Source: Verrucomicrobiota bacterium
GTDB lineage: Bacteria > Verrucomicrobiota > Verrucomicrobiia > Opitutales > Seribacteraceae
Assembly: GCA_027622665.1 (NCBI GenBank)
Contig: JAQBYT010000037.1
Location: forward strand, 1 to 36,103
Reading direction: 5' to 3'
DNA: 36,103 nt
Below are positions 28,713-36,103 of this stretch, one piece after another. Below the pieces are notes generated by a model. The model searched no databases. It worked only from the letters and a program-made list of their open reading frames with translations, and was not told where the DNA came from. The position numbers and the translations under genes are program-made. Positions within the stretch are counted from its first letter, which is position 1. Each line of letters starts with the position of its first letter.

Positions 28713-29591
28713 ATGAACGAAACTAAAACCGTGGTAGAAAGATTCGCCTTGGGCAAACCCTTGTTCTCGGTGGAGTTTTTCCCGCCCAGAGACGATGCCG
28801 CGGGCGAACGTATGCTGCGGGCAGCCCAAGCGCTGCAAAGCTACGAGCCGGATTTCGTATCCATCACCTACGGCGCGGGTGGCGGGACTCGAGCCACAAC
28901 CTTGAAATACGCCCGCATGCTCAAGGAGCAATGCGGCTTCGAGGTAATGCCTCACTTGACCTGCGTGGGGCACAAGGAAGCCGAGTTGATGGACATCCTA
29001 CAGGATTTCGAGTCCGCGGGATTTCGCAACGTGATGGCTCTGCGAGGTGACCCGCCAAAGGGAGAAACCAGTTTTCAAACGGTGGCGGGAGGCTTCTCTC
29101 ATGCCGACGAGCTCGTTCGCCTCATCCGTCGAAACCTTCCGAGCTTCGGGATCGGGGTGGCGGGTTACCCGGAGAAACATCCGGAATCTCCCGACGCCGG
29201 GGACGATGTTCAACGCCTTGCCCACAAGGTGTCCTGCGGGGCCGACTTCGTGACCACACAGTTGTTTTTCGACAACGAATTCTACTTCGATTTCGTTAGG
29301 CGATGTCGCCAAGCGGGCATCGAGGTTCCCATTCTTCCCGGCTTGCTGCCTGTGCTCTCCTTGGCCCAGATTCGACGATTCTCCTCGATGTGCGGGGCGG
29401 CACTGCCGCCCGAGTTGGAGAAGCGACTGGAGGAAGCGGGGAAGGACGGAGTTCAGGAAGTGGGGGCGGATTGGGCATACGAGCAAATAAAAGGTCTGCT
29501 CGACGGAGGTGCTCCCGGCTTTCACCTATACGCCCTCAACCAATCCAAGGCCACCACGAGTATACTGGAGCGATTGAGGGACAGAGGTTAG
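28713..29591 (+). CDS. metF: Methylenetetrahydrofolate reductase [NAD(P)H]
   Basis: SVEFFPP, PDFVSITYGAGG, PHLTC, ALRGDPP, AGYPEKHPE, TQLFFD and GFHLYALN. Confidence 0.97.
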   Translation: MNETKTVVERFALGKPLFSVEFFPPRDDAAGERMLRAAQALQSYEPDFVSITYGAGGGTRATTLKYARMLKEQCGFEVMPHLTCVGHKEAELMDILQDFESAGFRNVMALRGDPPKGETSFQTVAGGFSHADELVRLIRRNLPSFGIGVAGYPEKHPESPDAGDDVQRLAHKVSCGADFVTTQLFFDNEFYFDFVRRCRQAGIEVPILPGLLPVLSLAQIRRFSSMCGAALPPELEKRLEEAGKDGVQEVGADWAYEQIKGLLDGGAPGFHLYALNQSKATTSILERLRDRG

Positions 29592-29594
29592 CCC

Positions 29595-30467
29595 TTAAGC
29601 ATCCTCGGTCACTTTCTCGATGGTCGCTTTTTCCTTGAGACCATCAAGGAAGGAATCGAACACCCCATCCTTGCGGCGCTCGTGGAGGAAGGAAAGCACT
29701 TGTTCCTTCACCTCCTCAAAAGGAGCAGTCTCAGGTTCGTTGCGAGCGTGCAGCTTGATTAGGTGCAAGCCAAACTCCGTCCGCACGGGTTCGCTCACCT
29801 CGCCCTCCTTCAACGCAAAAGCGGCTTGCTCGAAGGCGGGCACCATCCGACCGCGGCCAAAGGTGCCAAGATCGCCATCCTGCTCGGGTGAATCGGAACA
29901 CTCACTGGCCAATGCGGAAAAGTCCTCCCCCGAAACGATGCGTTTGGCAATCTCGCGAATGGCCTCTTCCGCCGAGGACTCCTCATCGGGGGTTTCTACA
30001 CGCTTGAGGATATGGGAGGCGTGCAAGGTGGTTTCCCCTCGAAAGAGATCGGGGCGCTGTTCGTAATAATCGCGGACTTCTTGATCGGTGGGAGGCTCGC
30101 AAGCGGATTCCTCCTCCAGCAATTGATTGAAATGACGCTGGGAGATAATTTCCCTGCGAAGATCATCGGCATTGCGGATGGTCGGGTTGTTAGCTTGGGC
30201 AAAGGCGTTCTTTCCCCCATTCTGCTTCATCCAGCGCTTGGTCTCGCGCTTCACCTCTGCCTCGTCCACGGAAAAATTCCTCCGCTTGCTCTCCTGAGCC
30301 ATGATCGCCTGATCGATCAAGCGATCCTTGGCCACGTCCATGGCGGCAAGCCAGACCACTTCCCGCGGTTTGCCGGGCATGCCCTTGGCCACGTTTTCAA
30401 AAAGAGCCTCCGCCTGTCGCTCGATCGCCCAATCGGGTATGAGATGTTCGTTAACTTTGATTACCAT
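29595..30467 (-). CDS. Parvulin (PpiC-type) peptidyl-prolyl isomerase with SurA/PrsA/NifM-like N-terminal domain
   Basis: HASHIL, GEDFSALA..CSD, GDLG.F.RG.MVPAFEQAAF, SEPVRTEFGLHLIK; no obvious signal peptide. Confidence 0.92.
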   Translation of the reverse strand: MVIKVNEHLIPDWAIERQAEALFENVAKGMPGKPREVVWLAAMDVAKDRLIDQAIMAQESKRRNFSVDEAEVKRETKRWMKQNGGKNAFAQANNPTIRNADDLRREIISQRHFNQLLEEESACEPPTDQEVRDYYEQRPDLFRGETTLHASHILKRVETPDEESSAEEAIREIAKRIVSGEDFSALASECSDSPEQDGDLGTFGRGRMVPAFEQAAFALKEGEVSEPVRTEFGLHLIKLHARNEPETAPFEEVKEQVLSFLHERRKDGVFDSFLDGLKEKATIEKVTEDA

Positions 30468-30619
30468 TTGCTTGGTTCGACTTTATTGCCCCACCATTCG
30501 GAAAAGCCAAGACGGAAGGTACGAAAATGAAAAAAACTCGCGGAGCGAACATCGAATCGATTGCCCAATCATTTGCAGGTTTTCGCACACTTCGGAGAAG
30601 AAACAGGGAGATCACGCCA

Positions 30620-30643
30620 ATTGAGTCTCAATTGAGTCTCAAT
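30620..30643. promoter_or_regulatory. Tandem TTGAGTCTCAA elements upstream of fur (candidate autoregulatory operator)
   Basis: a-ttgagtctcaa-ttgagtctcaa-t (copies at 30621-31 and 30632-42), ending 5 bp before a -35-like TTGACG (30648). Confidence 0.6.
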
Positions 30644-30701
30644 AAAGTTGACGCTCGGCCGCACCAAACCATAGAAGGGTTTTGGTCTTAACCTACCGCA
30701 C

Positions 30702-31184
30702 ATGGCTAAACGCAAAAAAAGTAAGAAAGTAGAGGAAGCTTGGGATGGCTTTTCCACCTTCCTAACGAGCAAAGGACTCCGGGTCACGGGTCAGCGCAGG
30801 GGAATATTCGATGCCCTGTTCGAGGAGGACGGCCATTTCACGGCTGAACAACTTCTCGATCATGCGCGCAATCTGGACGACACCGTCTCCCGCGCCACCG
30901 TCTACCGGAGCCTCCCCTTGCTCGTGGAAAGCGGTGTGATCCGCGAAGTCGACGTCGGCCACGACAACAAGTTCTACACCGTCAATCTGAGCTCCGAAAA
31001 CTTCAAGGCTCAGGTAGTGTGCTCGGATTGCGATACCATCTACGAGGTAGACGCTCCCTTCATGGAATGGTACGGGAAAACAGTTTCCGAAAAGCTCGGG
31101 CTGGATGTTCAGGACCAGCGACTGCAGGTTCGCGCGGAATGCCCGCAATTCCAACAAAGCGGAGCTTGCGAAAGAAACAAGTGA
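30702..31184 (+). CDS. Fur-family transcriptional regulator (atypical metal site)
   Basis: [28 protein letters not shown] and CSDC..IYE; lacks the His-rich motif before CxxC. Confidence 0.92.
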   Translation: MAKRKKSKKVEEAWDGFSTFLTSKGLRVTGQRRGIFDALFEEDGHFTAEQLLDHARNLDDTVSRATVYRSLPLLVESGVIREVDVGHDNKFYTVNLSSENFKAQVVCSDCDTIYEVDAPFMEWYGKTVSEKLGLDVQDQRLQVRAECPQFQQSGACERNK

Positions 31185-31239
31185 TCGACGGAGACCTTCC
31201 CTCGGCTTCTAAACAAATCATCCGAAAACCCAAGCGAAA

Positions 31240-32229
31240 ATGGCCATCGCGACAGCTTCCGCCCTCCCATCCCCACTCATCTTTCGAAAGCAAGACGAGC
31301 CAGCTCCACTAAGCCCGGAACAGGAGGAAATCCTAAGGCTCAAAAAGGAACGCAACGCGGTAATCCTTTGCCACAACTACCAAGTCGAACCCATCCAGCA
31401 AATCGCCGACTTCGTGGGCGACTCCCTCGGGCTCGCCTACAAGGCCGCCGAGACCGACGCCGAGGTCATCGTCTTTTGCGGCGTCCACTTCATGGCCGAG
31501 ACAGCTAAAATCCTCAATCCGGGGAAAACCGTGCTACTTCCCGACATCGACGCCGGGTGCTCCCTATCCGATTCCTGCCCGGCGGAAAAACTGGCTGCCT
31601 TCCGCGAGGCAAACCCCGACGTCTACGTCGTCGCCTATGTAAACTGCTCGGCATCCGTAAAGGCCCTCAGCGACGTAATCTGCACCAGCGGCAACGCCGT
31701 GAAAATCGTCGAGCAGGTACCTGCCGACAAGGAAATCCTCTTCGTACCCGACCAGAACCTTGGCCAATGGGTGGCCAAGCACACGGGGCGACCGATGAAG
31801 CTTTGGCCGGGCAGTTGCTACGCCCACGTCCTATTTTCCAAGCAATCCATAGAGCGTTGCCGTATTGAGCATCCCGACGCCCCCGTGGTCGCCCACCCCG
31901 AATGCATCGAGACCGTCCGCGACCTTGCCGACGAGGTTTGTAGCACCGAGAAAATGGTGTCCTTCTGTCGCGACAACCCTGCCGACACCTTCATCATACT
32001 TACCGAATCCGGGATGATACACCGGCTCACTCGGGAATTGCCCGAAAAGACCTTCGTCGCCGGCCCCACCGACCATTGCGCCTGTAATGATTGTCGCTTC
32101 ATGAAGCTAAACACGATTCCCAAGCTCCTCGACTGCCTGAAAAAAAACAAACCCGCGATTGAAATTCCCGATGACATTTGCCATAAAGCCCGCCTACCGA
32201 TCGAGCGGATGCTCGAATGGAGCAAATAA
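31240..32229 (+). CDS. nadA: Quinolinate synthase A
   Basis: HNYQ, GDSL.LA, FCGVHFMAETAKILNP; [4Fe-4S] cysteines in AGCSL, GSCYAH and C.FMK; AHPEC. Confidence 0.97.
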   Translation: MAIATASALPSPLIFRKQDEPAPLSPEQEEILRLKKERNAVILCHNYQVEPIQQIADFVGDSLGLAYKAAETDAEVIVFCGVHFMAETAKILNPGKTVLLPDIDAGCSLSDSCPAEKLAAFREANPDVYVVAYVNCSASVKALSDVICTSGNAVKIVEQVPADKEILFVPDQNLGQWVAKHTGRPMKLWPGSCYAHVLFSKQSIERCRIEHPDAPVVAHPECIETVRDLADEVCSTEKMVSFCRDNPADTFIILTESGMIHRLTRELPEKTFVAGPTDHCACNDCRFMKLNTIPKLLDCLKKNKPAIEIPDDICHKARLPIERMLEWSK

Positions 32230-32240
32230 AGACACTTCAC

Positions 32241-32717
32241 ATGAATCACCTTATTTTCCTCGGCTTAGCCGGGCTTCTTCTACTCAACGCTTGCAGCGAC
32301 AAACCCACTGGTTCCAACGACGAGGATTCTTCCGCCGGAACCCGGGAGCAACTTCTCAAAAAAGTAAGTGAGATCGACCTGTCGGATGCCGAGATCGTTC
32401 GGGAATTGCTCCCTGATGCCGCAATGTTCGACAACCTCGAGTGGAACTCCACCACGGGAAAAGCCCGTGCCCCCGGAGGCAAAGCCCCTCACACGGGATG
32501 GGCCAAGGGCATGCATCCCAATGGCAGTCTTTTGGGCTTAGGTCACTTCATCGATGGAAAGGAAAACGGCCCTTGCTTCTTCTGGCACCCGAACGGGACA
32601 AAGAACCAGCAAGGAGGCTTCCTTGAGAGCAAGCGCCACGGCCTCTGGATCCACTGGGACGAATCCGGCAAGGAAACCAAGCGGGAGAACTGGGACGAGG
32701 ATGTTCTGGTCAAGTAA
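32241..32717 (+). CDS. Lipoprotein with MORN-variant repeats
   Basis: MNHLIFLGLAGLLLLNA-C lipobox; repeats HPNG...G.F.DGK.NG, WHPNG.K...G.F...KRHG and WDESG. Confidence 0.8.
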   Translation: MNHLIFLGLAGLLLLNACSDKPTGSNDEDSSAGTREQLLKKVSEIDLSDAEIVRELLPDAAMFDNLEWNSTTGKARAPGGKAPHTGWAKGMHPNGSLLGLGHFIDGKENGPCFFWHPNGTKNQQGGFLESKRHGLWIHWDESGKETKRENWDEDVLVK

Positions 32718-32759
32718 AGCAAGCCCGGAGTAGACGGGCCGACAGCGAACCCTCCCCGG

Positions 32760-34232
32760 CTACTTCTCGAACAAGTGGATTGCCGCTCTCCGGATAATGC
32801 CGTGAAGGACTTCGGTCGATTCGGGATGCGGGCTGATGCAAATCACCTTTCCCTTTCCCATCGGCCCACACAGAATGGCGGGTGAATCGACCATCACCCC
32901 GGGGCGAGCCCCGTTCTTGGCAAGTTCGCTTCGAAAATGCGCCAAAGCCTCGAAATCGGGCAGCTCTTCCATCCCTGCGGGAGCGAAGATCGGGCCATTG
33001 GCGTAGCGCACGTCCACCGCACCTACGAAATCGCCTAACAATTCACGCCCACGCTTGGCCAACTCCATCTTCACGATGCCTTCCCCGCGCTTCCAGTGCC
33101 CGTTCTTGGTGTCCACCGTCTTGGCGTCCACGATCTTGAGCGACCACGAGTAATTGCCCGCCGCCAAATAGGCACCCGCGCAAACCCCGAGGTAGCCGCC
33201 CCCGTCCTCGACGAATCGCCGGACGGCGCCCCTGCCCTCCTTTCCCAAGGCGGCCGCCTGTCGGCTTCCGCTACCTCCGGGAAAGACAACCAAGTCGAAC
33301 TGGGTCAACGCCCCCGCCCGGATCTCGGGCGGCCCTAGGCGGCGAGTGAGCGTCTTCGGCATTTGCCCGAGAATCGCTTCCAGTCGCCTGGCTCCCGCCC
33401 CACCGGTTCCGCCCGCGTCGTAAATCGCGATCCGCCTCGATCGTTCATCCTCGGGAACCTCATCGAGCGACTCCGCCATGAGATGTACGCCCGAGCGAAC
33501 CATCCCCAAGTGGCTCAGGATCGCATGAACCATTATCCGGTGCTGCCGGGAGCGGCGAGAGAGCGGCTGCTCCTTCACCGTCGTTTCCAAAATCATGCTC
33601 CGCGCTCCCAGCCTCTCGTGGGCCGCTCGGGCCAAGCTTCCATTCACGGGATACCGCAGCCGCACCAGCTTCTTCTTCGGTTCATCGATCGTCGCGTTGA
33701 CGGCGGCCAAGGCTTTTTGCACGGCGTCCTCCATCCCCAAGCCCTTGGTGGGAATGATCGAGGAACCGACCGACTTCTTGTTGATCTGGTGAAAATCCGA
33801 CCCCTCGTGCAAGTCGAGCAACCAATCGGGCTTGCATTCCCCGACCAATCGCCAAATGCCGGCGGCAAGATCACCCACTGTCTCGTTCTTGTCATCGGTC
33901 TTCGGGAAATTGCGGTTGAGGTCTCTGGTGGCAGGCGAACGATTGGGAACGAAACGGATGCGGGCTCGCAAGCCCGCGACGTTCGCCCGGGGAATCACGA
34001 TCAACTCCCCCCGCTGCAGCGACCAATGCCTGATTTGTTCGGCTGCACGGGCGCCTGCGGGCTCGTTCCCGTGCACTCCCCCGACAATCATCACCACCGG
34101 CCCCGGTTCACCGCTCGCTACCCGATGCCATGGGGTCTCTTGTCCGGTTCCCTCCAAGAGCCACCCGCCGGAAGGCTCAGCCCCAAAGGCACGGACGAGC
34201 AGGAAAAACCCGACAACGGCCGATCCAAGCAT
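32760..34232 (-). CDS. Secreted M14/succinylglutamate desuccinylase-like metallohydrolase fused to a BPL_N (class I glutamine amidotransferase-like) domain
   Basis: GGVHGNEPAG, DLNRNFP, LDLHEG and ILET in the M14 domain; FPGGSG, GGGYLGVCAGAYLA and SPHPE in the BPL_N domain. Signal-like MLGSAVVGFFLLVRAFG; start uncertain (34232 to 34313). Confidence 0.85.
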   Translation of the reverse strand: MLGSAVVGFFLLVRAFGAEPSGGWLLEGTGQETPWHRVASGEPGPVVMIVGGVHGNEPAGARAAEQIRHWSLQRGELIVIPRANVAGLRARIRFVPNRSPATRDLNRNFPKTDDKNETVGDLAAGIWRLVGECKPDWLLDLHEGSDFHQINKKSVGSSIIPTKGLGMEDAVQKALAAVNATIDEPKKKLVRLRYPVNGSLARAAHERLGARSMILETTVKEQPLSRRSRQHRIMVHAILSHLGMVRSGVHLMAESLDEVPEDERSRRIAIYDAGGTGGAGARRLEAILGQMPKTLTRRLGPPEIRAGALTQFDLVVFPGGSGSRQAAALGKEGRGAVRRFVEDGGGYLGVCAGAYLAAGNYSWSLKIVDAKTVDTKNGHWKRGEGIVKMELAKRGRELLGDFVGAVDVRYANGPIFAPAGMEELPDFEALAHFRSELAKNGARPGVMVDSPAILCGPMGKGKVICISPHPESTEVLHGIIRRAAIHLFEK

Positions 34233-34545
34233 TCCATTAACCTTCACTAAGTGACAGCAAAGGACATGCAGGCCAAAAAGGAAAGCCCACAATGCACGAC
34301 TGCGCATATCCACCTGGAAAAAAGTGCGCGGGCATCACCTTGCAGGGCATGGGGTTAGGGCAAGATTTTGCGATTCGATTGAACGAAAATGCAAGATTTC
34401 GGGCTTTTCCGCTAATAGGTTGAGGAAACTTATTGGAATTTCGACCCGCTTCACATGCATCATTTAACTTTTTAAATTGAACTTCGCTCGTTCGTATAAC
34501 AATATTAAGAAAACCATATTGAACCAGGATCAGCACGAACTGGAC

Positions 34546-36103
34546 ATGAAAACCTACCCAGGCGACAAAAAACGAACGATTCGCAAGGAGGAGGCTTCCC
34601 GGCCTTGCTTGTTTCGGCTTGGGTTTGTTCCCGGGCGAGTCACCCTGGCCCTTACCGCAGTGCTGCTTGCCTTTTGCATGTTCGCAGGCAACGCCTTGGC
34701 CGACACGATCTACACCTTCACCAACGCTAGCGCCACGGGCCGACTAGGTCCGACGCAGGCCCAAGCGAACTCCGCCTATTCCGGAACCACACTCGGGGAC
34801 AAGGTAACGATCAACACCCAAGGCATTCAGGAATGGACTGTACCCACTACGGGGACTTACCGTATTGAGGTTTGGGGTGCAGGCGAGACCACCAAGTCTT
34901 CCGGGAAAGGAGCTCGAATGCGGGGTGATTTTAATATGACAATAAATACAACCTTGAAGCTAGCAGTTGGTCAGATGGGAGAGACGCCCGGAGGGGGGCA
35001 TGGTGGTACTTTTCTTGGAACTATAACCAACCAGCCAATTATAGTCGCAGGAGGAGGAGCAGGTGTAACTAATTTCATTTCCAATCTATCCAATGGGAGT
35101 ATCGACCAAAACGGAAGTGATGGAAATCTAGGTCGAGGCGGGAATAATGGACAAGGCGGACACAGTACGGAGTTCAGTAGCTATGGAGGTGGTGGTGGCG
35201 GCGGCTTTGATTCAAATGGGACGGCAGGTACAAATTATTCAGGTAAAGGAGTAGCTTTTGTCTTTGGTGCTTTGGGAGGAACTGCAAACTCATCCGCTAG
35301 TATTTCTCAGCGCAAAAATGGAGGTTTTGGCGGCGGTGGGGCCGGGTATGCCACTAATGAACCTGCAGGAGGAGGAGGCTTTTCCGGTGGCGGTGGAGGG
35401 GGATATGCCGGAAAAGGTCAAATTAATGGCCAAGACAGATTTGCTGGCGGTGGAGGTTCCTTCAACAGCGGAAGCAACCAGATCAACGAAGCAGGTGCGA
35501 ATTCAGGCCACGGCAAAGTCGTGATCACTCTTATCCAATCGACATCAGCAGCACCCGTAATCACACAAGGAGTCGGTCCATTGACCAAGACAATTTCCGA
35601 GAGCGAAACGGCATCGTGGCTGGCAAGCGAATTAAACGCAACAGACGTGGATACGAATGCATCCGTCCTAACTTGGAGCGTTTCCTCGGTGGCGAGCAAC
35701 GGAACCGCCACGGTTTCCGGCAACGGATCTTCACCTTCCACCTTCACTTACGCCCCCAATGCTGACTTCAACGGAAGCGACAGCTTCGTCGTTCAAGTTT
35801 CAGATGGCGACAAGAACGACACCATCATGGTGAGCGTAACCGTAACTGGCGTGAACGACGCCCCAGTGGTAGCCAACGCGAGCGCCGACCTGAGCGCCGC
35901 CGAGGATGCCGACGACGCCACCATAGACTTGGCCAACGTATTCAACGACGTAGACGACGACAATACATCCATTACCAAGGCAGCCACCTCAAGCAACGCA
36001 TCGCTCGTCACCGCCACCGTAAACGGCAACACCTTGACCCTCGACTATCAGGCAAACCAATCGGGAACGGCAACGATCACCGTAACAGGAACCTCGAACA
36101 GCC
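34546..36103 (+). CDS. Large secreted protein, 3'-truncated: ALK/LTK-like glycine-rich domain followed by Ig/cadherin-like (tandem-95/Big_9-type) repeats
   Basis: Translated by hand; it is absent from the ORF track because there is no stop in the window. MKTYPG...LALTAVLLAFCMFAGNALA-DTIYTFTNASATGRLGPTQAQANSAY...QGIQEWTVPTTGTYRIEVWGA...GGFGGGG...GGGGFSGGGGG...GGGGSFN...GKVVIT, then YAPNADFNGSDSFVVQVSDG...VTGVNDAP. Confidence 0.88.
   Translation, partial: MKTYPGDKKRTIRKEEASRPCLFRLGFVPGRVTLALTAVLLAFCMFAGNALADTIYTFTNASATGRLGPTQAQANSAYSGTTLGDKVTINTQGIQEWTVPTTGTYRIEVWGAGETTKSSGKGARMRGDFNMTINTTLKLAVGQMGETPGGGHGGTFLGTITNQPIIVAGGGAGVTNFISNLSNGSIDQNGSDGNLGRGGNNGQGGHSTEFSSYGGGGGGGFDSNGTAGTNYSGKGVAFVFGALGGTANSSASISQRKNGGFGGGGAGYATNEPAGGGGFSGGGGGGYAGKGQINGQDRFAGGGGSFNSGSNQINEAGANSGHGKVVITLIQSTSAAPVITQGVGPLTKTISESETASWLASELNATDVDTNASVLTWSVSSVASNGTATVSGNGSSPSTFTYAPNADFNGSDSFVVQVSDGDKNDTIMVSVTVTGVNDAPVVANASADLSAAEDADDATIDLANVFNDVDDDNTSITKAATSSNASLVTATVNGNTLTLDYQANQSGTATITVTGTSNS

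Noticed and set aside
30620..30643. Tandem 11-bp repeat as a CRISPR or VNTR
   Set aside because: Two abutting copies, no spacers and no cas genes; better explained as an operator.
32241..32717. YwqK-type antitoxin of a toxin-antitoxin pair
   Set aside because: Only MORN-variant repeats are shared; it is a lipoprotein and no adjacent toxin gene is visible.
35258..36032. Short ORFs in the track at the right end
   Set aside because: They are off-frame or antisense to the continuous reading frame starting at 34546.

Overview
Bacterial chromosomal window, most likely a Verrucomicrobiota (Opitutales-like) genome; this is inferred from protein style and gene content, not from a search. A housekeeping core (rpsO-pnp, surE, rpmI-rplT-pheS-pheT-gatC-gatA-gatB, metF, a parvulin PPIase, nadA) is flanked at both ends by large, modular secreted or surface protein genes that are visibly more AT-rich. 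On the left are an NHL/FG-GAP protein and a cadherin/Ca-binding-repeat protein ending in a Trp-rich C-terminal domain. On the right is a gene missed by the ORF track (34546 to the window end) that encodes an ALK/LTK-like glycine-rich domain followed by Ig/cadherin-like repeats. The window also holds a gamma-glutamylcyclotransferase plus fused 5-oxoprolinase pair, a 7-gene translationally coupled TtpC-type TonB operon with two ExbB-like and two ExbD genes, an atypical Fur-family regulator lacking the His-rich motif, and a secreted M14 peptidase/BPL_N double hydrolase. The best candidates for undescribed biology are: (i) a Fur-like regulon marked by ATTGAGTCTCAA, found upstream of both the TonB operon and the fur gene; (ii) a modular, apparently shuffled surface-protein family with a candidate C-terminal anchoring domain and an ALK-like domain; (iii) structured RNA leaders of rpsO and pnp; (iv) a SahR-like operator over the metF promoter. 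No rRNA, tRNA, CRISPR array or mobile element was seen.
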